Of a stretch of DNA of 64,000 bases, positions 8,780 to 18,383 are shown in pieces. The notes beneath the pieces are model-generated. The model ran no database searches and was not told the DNA's origin. It worked only from the letters and a program-made list of their open reading frames with translations. Made by a program: the position numbers and the translations under genes. The stretch comes from an uncultured Chloroflexia bacterium (GTDB taxonomy: Bacteria; Chloroflexota; Limnocylindria; QHBO01), in assembly GCA_963783495.1 (NCBI GenBank), contig CAWANT010000006.1, forward strand, positions 274,248-338,247, read 5' to 3'. Within the stretch, counting starts at the first letter, position 1; each line of letters opens with the position of its first letter.

Positions 8780-11473
8780 ATGGATCGTCCGATGCACGAA
8801 GTCTTCGACCAGTTCAAGCAGCAGCTGCCGGACATTGACCCTGCCGAAACCCAGGAGTGGATGGAGTCGCTCGACGCGGTCGTCGAGCAGGTCGGCCCGG
8901 ACCGCGCCCGCTACCTGATCTACAAGCTGCTCAAGCGCGCCCGTCAGCTCAACGTGGGCCTGCCGCCGCTGGTCCAGACGCGCTACATCAACACCATCTC
9001 CCCGGAGCAGGAGCCGTACTTCCCCGGCGACGAGGCGATGGAGCTGCGCATTCGCCGCATGATTCGCTGGAACGCGCTGGCCATGGTCCTGCGCGCCAAC
9101 ACCCGCTTCGAGGGCATCGGCGGGCACCTGTCCACCTACGCCAGCGCCGCCAGCCTGTACGAGGTCGGCTTCAACCACTTCTTCCGCGGGCCCGATGACG
9201 GCTCCGCCGGCGACCAGGTCTATTTCCAGGGCCACGCCGCACCCGGCATCTATGCCCGCGCGTTCCTGGAGGGGCGCCTGTCGGAGGAGCAGCTCGACCA
9301 CTTCCGGCGCGAGGCTCTCTGGCCGGGCGGCCTGTCGTCCTATCCGCACCCGCGGCTGATGCCCGACTTCTGGCAGTTCCCCACCGTCAGCATGGGTCTC
9401 GGCCCGATCAACGCGATCTACCAGGCCCGATTCAATCGCTACCTGGCCGCACGCGGCATCGTGGACACCTCCGCCAGCCGGGTGTGGGGCTTCCTGGGCG
9501 ACGGCGAGATGGACGAGCCTGAGGCCCTGGGCGCGCTGGGCCTGGCGGCGCGCGAAGGGCTCGACAATCTGATCTTTGTCGTCAACTGCAACCTGCAGCG
9601 CCTCGACGGTCCGGTGCGCGGCAACGGCAAGATCATCCAGGAGCTGGAGGCCACCTTCCGAGGCGCCGGCTGGCACGTCATCAAGGTGATCTGGGCGCGC
9701 GAGTGGGACGACCTGCTGGCTCGCGACAGCGACGGCGTGCTGCTGAACAGGATGAACGAGACGCTGGACGGCGATTACCAGCGCCTGTCCGTGGCCGATG
9801 GCGCCTACATCCGGGAGCACTTCTTCGGCCCGGATCCGCGCCTGAAGGCCCTGGTCGACCATCTCCCCGATGAGGACCTGCCGAAGCTGCGCCGCGGCGG
9901 TCACGACTACCGCAAGGTGTACGCCGCCTACGCGGCGGCGGTCGAGCACACCGGCTCGCCGGTGGTGATCCTGGCCAAGACGGTCAAGGGCTGGGCGCTG
10001 GGCCCGGGCATCGAGGCGCGCAATGTCACCCACCAGGCCAAGAAGCTGACCCAGGACGAGCTGAAGATCTTCCGCGACCGGCTGGAGCTGCCGATCCCGG
10101 ACGACCAGCTGGCCGACGCGCCGTACTACCACCCCGGCCCGGAGTCGCCCGAGATCCAGTACATGCTCGAGCGGCGCAACCAGCTGGGTGGCGTGATGCC
10201 GCGCCGCGTGGTGCGGCCGATGCCGCTGGCGGATGCCGCGGACGAGGCGTATGCAGAGCTCTTCGCCGGGTCGGAGCGGGCCGCCTCCACCACCATGGCC
10301 TTCAGCCGCCTGACGCGGAACCTGACCCGCGACGCGACCATCGGTCGCCGGATCGTGCCGATCATCCCGGACGAGGCCCGCACCTTCGGCATGGACCCCC
10401 TCTTCAAGGAGATCGGCATCTACAACCCGCTCGGCCAGCGCTACACGCCGGTCGACAAGGAGCTGCTGCTCTCCTATCTCGAGAAGGAGGACGGCCAGAT
10501 CCTGGAGGAGGGCATCACCGAGGCCGGTGCCATGGCCGACTTCACCGCCGCCGGCACGTCATACGCCGTGCACGGCCAGCCGATGATCCCCTTCTACATC
10601 TTCTACTCGATGTTCGGCTTCCAGCGCACCGGCGACCTCGCCTGGGCGTTCGGTGACGCTCGGGGCCGCGGCTTCCTGATGGGCGCCACCGCTGGCCGCA
10701 CCACGCTCACCGGCGAGGGCCTGCAGCACGACGACGGGCACAGCCACCTCCTGGCCTCGGTCCTGCCCAACATCCGCGCCTACGACCCGGCCTTTGCCTA
10801 CGAGCTGGCGGTGATCGTGCGCGACGGCATCCGGCGCATGTACGGCGAGGCGCCGGAGGACATCTTCTACTACGTCACCCTCTACAACGAGAACTGGGTG
10901 ATGCCGCCCAAGCCCGAGGGTGTCGACGAGGGCATCGTTCGCGGCCTGTACCTGTTCCGACCCGCGGACAAGGGCTCGCGCCGTGTGCAGCTGCTGGCGT
11001 CGGGCTCGATCCTGCACCAGGCCATCAAGGCGCAGCCGCTGCTGGCGGAGCGCTACGACATCGCCGCCGACCTCTGGAGCGTGCCGTCCTTCCAGCTGCT
11101 GCGCAACGAGGCGCTGGAGATCGAGCGCTGGAACCGGCTGCACCCCGAGGCCGAGGAGCGCGTGCCGTACATCGTCCAGCAGCTGGCCCCGACCGAGGGA
11201 CCGATCGTGGCCGCCACCGACTATCTCAAGGCGCTGCCGCACATGGTGGCGCCCTGGATGGATCGGCCGTTCACCGCGCTCGGCACCGATGGCTTCGGCC
11301 GCAGCGACACGCGCGAGGCGCTGCGCATCCATTTCGAGGTGAGCCCGGAGCAGATCGCCTACGCCGCGCTCCACGGCCTGTGCATGACCGGCGCGGCCGG
11401 TCGCGAGGAGCTGGCGCGGGCGATCGGCGAGCTGGGGATCGATCCCGAACGAACGGACCCGCTGCGCGCCTGA
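8780..11473 (+). CDS. aceE: Pyruvate dehydrogenase E1, homodimeric type
   Basis: GGHLSTYAS, PTVSMGLGP, GDGEMDEPE...NCNLQRLDGP, GEGLQH, LGTDGFGRSDTR; intact 897 aa. Confidence 0.95.
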   Translation: MDRPMHEVFDQFKQQLPDIDPAETQEWMESLDAVVEQVGPDRARYLIYKLLKRARQLNVGLPPLVQTRYINTISPEQEPYFPGDEAMELRIRRMIRWNALAMVLRANTRFEGIGGHLSTYASAASLYEVGFNHFFRGPDDGSAGDQVYFQGHAAPGIYARAFLEGRLSEEQLDHFRREALWPGGLSSYPHPRLMPDFWQFPTVSMGLGPINAIYQARFNRYLAARGIVDTSASRVWGFLGDGEMDEPEALGALGLAAREGLDNLIFVVNCNLQRLDGPVRGNGKIIQELEATFRGAGWHVIKVIWAREWDDLLARDSDGVLLNRMNETLDGDYQRLSVADGAYIREHFFGPDPRLKALVDHLPDEDLPKLRRGGHDYRKVYAAYAAAVEHTGSPVVILAKTVKGWALGPGIEARNVTHQAKKLTQDELKIFRDRLELPIPDDQLADAPYYHPGPESPEIQYMLERRNQLGGVMPRRVVRPMPLADAADEAYAELFAGSERAASTTMAFSRLTRNLTRDATIGRRIVPIIPDEARTFGMDPLFKEIGIYNPLGQRYTPVDKELLLSYLEKEDGQILEEGITEAGAMADFTAAGTSYAVHGQPMIPFYIFYSMFGFQRTGDLAWAFGDARGRGFLMGATAGRTTLTGEGLQHDDGHSHLLASVLPNIRAYDPAFAYELAVIVRDGIRRMYGEAPEDIFYYVTLYNENWVMPPKPEGVDEGIVRGLYLFRPADKGSRRVQLLASGSILHQAIKAQPLLAERYDIAADLWSVPSFQLLRNEALEIERWNRLHPEAEERVPYIVQQLAPTEGPIVAATDYLKALPHMVAPWMDRPFTALGTDGFGRSDTREALRIHFEVSPEQIAYAALHGLCMTGAAGREELARAIGELGIDPERTDPLRA

Positions 11474-11489
11474 TCGCAGCCGTGGAGCC

Positions 11490-12078
11490 TCAGGCTCCGG
11501 CCAGCTTCTCCGTACGGCCGACCCAGGTGCCGCAGTAGGCGCAGTAGCGATAGTCGGCCTCGACGCGCTCGCGGCAGCTCGGGCACCGGGGCGGCCCAAG
11601 CACGGCCAGCGCGCCTCGCACCGCCGCCACCAGGTCAGGGCCGCCCGTCGTGCGCGCCGGTGCAGGAGCTCGATGGACGGGAGTCGGCCGCTCGAAGGGC
11701 GTGACCCGTGACGCGCACCGGACGCGGCGCGTCTGGATGATGGGGCCGCACGGGATGGGAAGCCACGGAGCGGCTGACCCAGGTTGGCGTGGCCGCGGCC
11801 CGGCGGGCATCGGGCCAGGACCGCTCGCCGTAGTACAGGAAGCGCCGCCGGGCGCCGTCATACACCGCGCGGGAACCCGGATCGCTGAGCAGGTTCCGCA
11901 CCGCGTTCACGATCTGCATCTCTTCGTTGGCGCGCGGCGAGCGATTGTGGTCGGGATGGAAGGCCAGGGCCAGGCGGCGGCACGCGAGCGCGATTTCCCG
12001 GTCGCTGGCCGTGGGCGCGACCTGCAGCAGTCGATAGACGTCGCGTTCGGGCGCGTAGGGCAGCAGGCTGGCAGTCAT
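11490..12078 (-). CDS. J-domain protein with C-terminal zinc ribbon (frameshifted)
   Basis: YRLLQV...RRLALAFHPDHN...NLLSDP J-domain; CPSC...YCAYCG in the second frame. Confidence 0.75.
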
Positions 12079-12175
12079 TGGGGTCGCAATCCATGGTAGC
12101 CCATGCCTCAAGGGCGTGTCGGGGCATCCGGCCTGACGTCTGATCGGCCTGTCTGAGCACCGATTCGCGACACAT

Positions 12176-12195
12176 TTAGCAAATGGGCTTGCTAA
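12176..12195. promoter_or_regulatory. Inverted repeat TTAGCAA-N6-TTGCTAA, putative operator
   Basis: Perfect 7-bp arms in an AT-rich divergent intergenic region, 15 nt upstream of a -35 box. Confidence 0.55.
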
Positions 12196-12210
12196 TTTCA
12201 GAATAAGGGG

Positions 12211-12239
12211 TTGACAGACTGATACGGCGCCTGTACAGT
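12211..12239 (+). promoter_or_regulatory. Sigma70-type promoter TTGACA-N17-TACAGT
   Basis: Consensus -35, 17-bp spacer, near-consensus -10. Confidence 0.75.
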
Positions 12240-12297
12240 GCCCGCAGATCTTCGAAATCGGTATGTAAGAACTATCAATTCCAAAGGAGAGGTTGCC

Positions 12298-12450
12298 ATG
12301 TTGGACTATCGACTGCACTACGCCATCCTGGCGGCCGAGGACCGCGTTCGTGGCTCTCGGGACCATGTCGCGTCGCAGAACCGCGGCATTCGCCGCATCT
12401 TCCGGGTCGGCGGCAGCCGCCCCGCCACCCGTGAGATGGGACGCCGCTAG
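12298..12450 (+). CDS. Small basic 50-aa protein heading the DUF2089 operon
   Basis: AAGGAGAGG RBS before ATG; stop 3 nt before the next ATG. Confidence 0.55.
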   Translation: MLDYRLHYAILAAEDRVRGSRDHVASQNRGIRRIFRVGGSRPATREMGRR

Positions 12451-12453
12451 GCC

Positions 12454-12894
12454 ATGGCTCGCGACGTCATCTCCACCTGCCCCGTCTGCGAGGGCGAGCT
12501 GACCATTTCGCGGCTGCACTGCCGCAGCTGTGGGACCGCCCTCGAAGGCGAGTTCGGCGTCGGTCGCTTCGGCCGGCTGAGCAAGGAGCAGATGTCCCTG
12601 CTGGAGAGCTTCCTGCGCTCGCGGGGCAACTTGAAGGAGATGGAGCGCGAGCTCGGGATCTCCTATCCCACGGTCCGTGGCCGCGTTGATGCCCTGGTGC
12701 GCGCGCTGGGCCTGGCCGATGGGGATGCCGGCGAAGGCGAGCTGGACGAGACCGCCACTGTGGATGAGGCGCCGGAGGCACCCGATGCCGACCTGGCCGC
12801 CGAGCGACGCGCCATCCTGGAGCGCCTCTCCCGGCGCGAGATCGCAGCCGATGAGGCCGCGGCCGCCCTGCGTGAGCTTGGCGGCGGGAGCTGA
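12454..12894 (+). CDS. DUF2089 family zinc-ribbon/HTH protein with C-terminal SHOCT-like helix pair
   Basis: CPVC...CRSCGT, GNLKEMERELGISYPTVRGRVD, ILERLSRREIAADEA. Confidence 0.85.
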   Translation: MARDVISTCPVCEGELTISRLHCRSCGTALEGEFGVGRFGRLSKEQMSLLESFLRSRGNLKEMERELGISYPTVRGRVDALVRALGLADGDAGEGELDETATVDEAPEAPDADLAAERRAILERLSRREIAADEAAAALRELGGGS

Positions 12895-12899
12895 GCGCC

Positions 12900-13908
12900 G
12901 TGGCCACCTTCTACCGCACCCAGACGATTGAGCATCCCATCGGTCGGAGCGGCCGCGTGAGCATCAAGGTCACCTCCAGCGATGGAGTCGTGCGCGGCGT
13001 GTCCGGCGAGACCGCCCGCATCACCGCCAACTTCCAGCTCCGTGCCGGCTCCGACGAGGAGGCCGATCGCATGTTCGCCGAGGCCCAGCTCGTGGTGGAG
13101 CGAGGGCGATGGCTACCTGGGCGTCGCCGAGCCCGACGGCCGCTCGCCCCTGGGCGGCCTGGTCGAGCGCCTCTTCACCGGACGCCTCGTGGACTTCGAC
13201 ATCTCCGCGGAGATTCCCGAGCAGGCCGAGCTGAGCTTTGCCGGCGTCTCGGCGGACGTGAACGTCGAAGGGCCTGCTGGGCGACGCAGGCATACGCGAC
13301 GGTGTCAGGGGACCTGTCCCTGACCCGGCTGGGCGGGTCGGCGAGCGTGAACAGCGTCTCGGGTGACGTGACCATGCGCGCCGACCAGCCCATTTCGGTC
13401 AAGGCCGATACGGTCTCCGGCGACCTGAGCGTGGTGGCGCCCGTCATCCGCAGCCTGCGCGCCAATGCGGTCTCCGGCGACATCGACCTCGAGGGCCAGC
13501 TGGCGATGGGCGAGCCGTATCGGATCGACACGGTCAGCGGCGACCTGAGCATCGCCCTGGTCGGTGGCGCCGTCTTCGAGGTGCGCGGCATCTCGTCCGA
13601 CGTGAGCAGCGACCTGGACCATCGGATCGAGGGGTACCAGGATCGGCGACGGGTCACCGTCGGCGCCGGCGGCCCGGAGATCCTCTTCAACTCGATGTCC
13701 GGGGACCTGGCCATTCACCGGCCACGTCGCCTGGATCGGGTGCCCGCTCCGCCGCCGGCGCCCGCGCCGCCGGCCGCGCCGGCGCCTCCCCGCCGTCCCA
13801 GGAGGATCAGCTCGCGATCCTGCAGGCGCTCGAGCGCGGCGAGATCGACGTCGAGGAGGCCACGCGCCGGCTGAGCGGCGCAGCGACGGATCGGGCTCCG
13901 ATGAGTGA
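12900..13908 (+). CDS. DUF4097 (Toastrack) beta-repeat protein with C-terminal SHOCT-like motif (frameshifted)
   Basis: Repeated T/SVSGD motifs; Pro-rich linker; ILQALERGEIDVEEA; end approximate. Confidence 0.75.
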
Positions 13909-14296
13909 CGAGATGAACACCGTCCTGCGCCTGGTGGCCGAGGGCAAGCTCTCGCCGGAAGAGGCCGCGCCAATCATCGAGGCCCTGGGCCAGGCGCGCG
14001 ATGCGATCGACCGTGCGCCGCAGGCATTGGCCATCGGCGACACGTTCGACGCCGATGGCCGGACCGTCGTGCGCGGACGCGGGCGCCGGGTCCGGATCCA
14101 GGTCAACGAGCGCGGCCGCCGCGTCGTCGACGTCCGCGTGCCGCTCGCCTTCGCGGCGGCCGCGGCACGGATGGTGCCGGGCATCCCGGAGAGCTACGCG
14201 GCACTCATCGAGCAGGCGGTCGACAGCAACACCACCGGCACGATCGTGGAGGCCGAGGACGAGACCGGCGACGGCGTCGTCATCTCGATGGAGTGA
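13901..14296 (+). CDS. SHOCT-like domain protein (YvlB/LiaX N-terminus-like)
   Basis: VLRLVAEGKLSPEEAAPII followed by RVRIQV...VDVRVPL...GTIVEAED. Confidence 0.75.
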   Translation: MSDEMNTVLRLVAEGKLSPEEAAPIIEALGQARDAIDRAPQALAIGDTFDADGRTVVRGRGRRVRIQVNERGRRVVDVRVPLAFAAAAARMVPGIPESYAALIEQAVDSNTTGTIVEAEDETGDGVVISME

Positions 14297-14298
14297 GG

Positions 14299-15608
14299 AT
14301 GGATACCACCGCGAGCGGCGAGACCCCGACCACCACCACTTCCGTGACGGCTCCCGAGGAGCCGCGGCGCGGGCTCGCCATGCTGCTGCCGCTGCGGCTG
14401 CATGACTTCCGCCTCATCTTCGCCGGCGAGACCATCTCGCTGATCGGCGACCAGTTCCATTTCATCGCCCTGGCCTGGCTGGCGCTGCAGCTGACCGGAT
14501 CCGGCGTGGCGCTGGGAACCGTGCTGATGGCGGCCGCCATCCCGCGCGCCGTCTTCATGCTCCTCGGCGGGGCAATGTCAGACCGCGTCTCGCCGCGCAG
14601 CCTGATGATCATCTCGAACGCGCTGCGCGCCGTGGTGGTCGCGCTCGTCGCGTTCCTGGTGCTGACCGGCAATGTCTCAGCTGTGGCAGCTGTACGTGCT
14701 GGCCGTCATCTTCGGCGTGGTGGATGCCTTCTTCCACCCGGCACTGAACACCATCGTGCCCATGATCGTCAGCGACAAGCTGCTGCCGCCCGCCAATGCG
14801 CTCGTCCAGGTGATGCAGCAGCTGTCCGGGCTCCTCGGTCCCGCCGTCGCCGGCCTGGTCATTGCGGCGATCAACACCGGACCAGCCTTCGCCATCGACG
14901 CCGCTTCCTTTGCCGTGGCCGCGGTCTGCCTGCTCTTCGTGCGGGGCGGCCGGCGGCCGGCCCCGAGCCAGGACGACGGGCCGCGCGAGGGCGTGCTGGC
15001 CACCATCGGCTCGGGCCTGGCCTATGCCTGGCGCGACCCCGCCACGCGGGCGATCGTCGTCCTCACCGCCGCCTTCAACTTCGCCTTCACCGGACCGGTG
15101 TCGGTGGGCCTCCCCTACCTCGCCAAGGAACGCTTCGGCGGCGGTCCGGCCGAGTTCGGCCTGATGCTGTCGATGTTCGGGGTCGGCGCCTTGGTCGGGA
15201 GCGCTGCTGGCGGGCTCGCTGCGCCACGTCCCGCGGCTGGGCCTGGTGGTGCTGCTCATCGCGGCCGGCCTGGGCGTGGGCCTGGCGCTGGTCGGGAACG
15301 CGCCGAGCCTGTGGATCGCCGACGCGGCCATCCTGTTCATCGGCCTCGGCGCCGGATTCATCAACGTGCGCGTCATCGCCTGGCTGCAGGCGCGCACCGA
15401 CCAGGCCTTCCGGGGCCGGGTCATGAGCCTGGTCATGCTCGGCGGGTTTGGGCTCGCGCCGTTCAGCCTGGCGATCGCCGGCGTGATCATCGACGTGGGG
15501 GCGGTCACCCTCCTGTTCTCGGTCGCGGGTGCGATCGTGGTCGCCGCCGTGGTGGGCGGCTTCTACTGGGGCGTGCCCGCCCAGATGACCGATGAGGTGG
15601 CGGCATGA
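14299..15608 (+). CDS. MFS transporter (DHA3/Tap-like), frameshifted
   Basis: DFRLIFAGETISLIGDQF, GGAMSDR and FRGRVMS motifs over three frames. Confidence 0.85.
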
Positions 15609-16631
15609 AGCCGGGTTACGACGGACCGGCCATCGACGCCGTGGGTCTGGTCAAGGAATTCGAGCGCGGCCGGCGCACGACCTGGCAGCGGATGCGGCGC
15701 CAGCCGGACCAGCGGGAGCGATTCCGCGCCGTCGACGGGATCGACCTGCGGGTCGAGCGCGGCGAGATCTTCGGGGTGCTGGGGCCGAACGGTGCCGGCA
15801 AGACCACCACCATGAAGATGCTGTCGACCCTGCTCGAGCCGACCGAAGGCACGGCCCGCATCCTGGGCTACGACGTCGTCCGGGAAGCCCGCGAAGTGCG
15901 GCGGCGCATGGGCGCGGTGCTGTCCGACGGTCGCAGCCTCTACTGGAAGCTCACCGCCCGCGAGAACCTCGAGTACTTCGCGGCGCTCTACCACGTGCCG
16001 CCCAAGGAGCAGGAGGCGCGGATCGCATCGGCGCTGCAGGCGGTCAAGCTGGACGACCGGTCGGATGACTACGTCGAGCGCTACAGCACCGGCATGCGCC
16101 AGCGCCTGGTGCTGGCGCGAGCCCTCCTGCCCGATCCCGAGCTGCTGCTGCTGGACGAGCCGACGGTCGGCCTGGACCCGCAGTCGTCGCGCGACCTGCG
16201 CGACCGGGTGCGCGACCTGAAGGCGCAGGGCCGGACCGTTCTGCTCACCACGCACTACATGGAGGAGGCCGACCAGCTCTGCGACCGGATCGCGATCGTC
16301 GACCACGGCCACGTCGTGGCGCTCGACACGCCGGCCGGCCTGAAGCGCACCATCGCCGCCACCGAGGTCGTGCACCTGGAGATCGAGTCCGGCCCGGCCG
16401 ACGCCGCGTTGCTCTCCCGATTGGAGACGCACCGCCGGCGCGCTGGCCCGCCAGGAGCATCAGAACGGGACGCTGGAAGTCACCGTCCACGTGCGCAGCG
16501 CGCGGGACTTCGTGCCGATCGCCTTCGACGCCGCCCGCGCGGAGAACGCGGCCATCAAGCACGTCGAGGTCGTGCCCGTCACGCTCGAGGACGTCTTCAT
16601 CTCGTTGACTGGCCGGGCGCTGCGCGAATGA
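15605..16631 (+). CDS. ABC-2 exporter ATP-binding subunit (frameshifted near 16430)
   Basis: [22 protein letters not shown]; C-terminus TLEDVFISLTGRALRE* in another frame. Confidence 0.88.
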
Positions 16632-17483
16632 CTCCCTCGCGGCTGGACGACCTGCGGGCCGACCTGCGCGCCTTCGGCGCCGCCGGCATGAAGGAGTGGC
16701 GCCTCCTGCGGCGCTACCCGAGCCTGTTCATCGGCTTCCTGTTCTGGCCGATCGCCCTGCCGCTGGCCTACGTCTTCCAGGCGCAGGGCTACTCCGGCGG
16801 CCAGCCGGCAGCACTCGATGCCTTCGCGCAGCGGACAGGCACAGCGGAGGTGGCCGGCTTCCTGTTCCTGGGCTGGGCGACCTACATGTGGATCAGCATG
16901 ATCCTGTGGGGCCCTGGCACCGCGCTCCGGACCGAGCAGGTGCGCGGTTCGTTGGAGGCGCTGTTCATGACGCCGGTCAGCCGCATGGTGATCCTGTTCG
17001 GACCCGTGGTCAGCCAGATCGTGTGGGCCATCTGGATGTTCGCGGTCGTCGGTGGGGTGCTGGTCCTCTTCTTCCGGGTGCCGATCGGGCCCATCGAGGC
17101 GATGCGGGCGCTGGGCGTGATCCTGGTGGCAGTTCCGGCGCTCTACGGCCTGGGCGCGCTGTTCGCCGCGGTGGTGCTGCGCTTCGGGGAGGTCGAGCGC
17201 CATGGTGCAGACCGTGCGCGGCGTCTTCACCGTCTTCTGCGGCATGACCTTCCCCATCATCATCCTGCCGGTCTGGGCCAAGGCGGTGGCGCTGAGCCTG
17301 CCGCCCACCTACCTGATCGGGGACCTGCGCGCGGTCCTGCTGAAGGGCAGCGACTTCGTGTCGCTCATCCCCGAGCTGGCGATCCTGGCCGCGATGGGCC
17401 TGGCGCTGTGCGGCTTCGCGGTCGTCGCCTTCCGGCGCACGGAGCGCTTCGCCCGACAGGGCGGCAGCCTGGCGCAGTACTGA
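16628..17483 (+). CDS. ABC-2 exporter permease (frameshifted near 17195)
   Basis: ATGA overlap; EQVRGSLEALFMTP; FCGMTFPI. Confidence 0.82.
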
Positions 17484-17496
17484 ACGGTTTGGATCG

Positions 17497-18321
17497 ATGA
17501 TCGAGGAGCTGAAGGCCGCCTGGGCCGTCGCGCGCAAGGAGCTGCAGGTCGCGCGGCGCTATCCGCTGAACCTGGTCAACGAGGTGCTGCAGCCCCTCTA
17601 CCAGTTCCTGCTGCCGAGCCTGCTGCTGGGCCTCACCTTCTACGTCGGCGGCCGCGCCGTCGGCCTGGAGGCCACCACCGGCACCGACGACCTGGCGGGC
17701 TACCTGTTCCTTGGCACGGTGGTCGGCGGCCTGGTCAGCGCCGCCTTCTGGGACATGGCGTTCGGCCTCAAGCGCGAGATGGACGCCGGCACGCTGGAGC
17801 CGACATGGCTCACGCCGACGCAGCCGGACACCACGGTGCTGGGCCGGGCCATCTCCGGCGGGATCCTGTCGGCCGCCGCCAGCGTGATCCTGGTTGCGGT
17901 GGGCGCCCTGGTCTTCGGGGCCGACCTCGCCGCCGGCATGCTGGCGGGCTTGCCGGCCCTGGTGCTGGCCTCGATCAGCATGATCGGGATCGGCTACATG
18001 GTCGCCTCGGCGGTGCTGATGATTCGCGAGCCGAACTTCATGGTCGATGCCACCAACTTCATCTTCGCCATGCTCTCCGGCGTGGCCTTCCCGATCACCG
18101 TGCTGCCACCGGTGATCCAGCCCTTCTGCTACCTCCTGCCGACCACCTACGCGATCGACCTGCTGCGGTACTACGCGCTCGGCACCACGCCGTTGCTGCC
18201 GCCGGCGGTCGAGTGGCTGGCGCTGATCGTCCTGGCGCCGGTCACCATCGTGGTCGGGCGCTGGGTCTTCCTGCGGACCGAGCACCGCATGCGCGTGCTG
18301 GGCACGACCGGCCAGCACTGA
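17497..18321 (+). CDS. ABC-2 exporter permease
   Basis: EMDAGTLEPTWLTP, LSGVAFPITVLP and LPTTYAID motifs. Confidence 0.85.
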   Translation: MIEELKAAWAVARKELQVARRYPLNLVNEVLQPLYQFLLPSLLLGLTFYVGGRAVGLEATTGTDDLAGYLFLGTVVGGLVSAAFWDMAFGLKREMDAGTLEPTWLTPTQPDTTVLGRAISGGILSAAASVILVAVGALVFGADLAAGMLAGLPALVLASISMIGIGYMVASAVLMIREPNFMVDATNFIFAMLSGVAFPITVLPPVIQPFCYLLPTTYAIDLLRYYALGTTPLLPPAVEWLALIVLAPVTIVVGRWVFLRTEHRMRVLGTTGQH

Positions 18322-18383
18322 CCCAGCGTCCGGCCTCCAGCCCGGCTGCCGCCTGCACCGCGTGCAGCACAATGTGCGCCGAC

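Noticed and set aside
12176-12195. CIRCE/HrcA operator call
   Set aside because: The inner CTC/GAG bases are absent and the spacing is wrong. Kept only as an unknown operator.
15605-17500. Apparent 631-aa ATPase-permease fusion
   Set aside because: The linker is out-of-frame nonsense. The true ATPase tail (TLEDVFISLTGRALRE) is in another frame with an ATGA overlap at 16628-16631.
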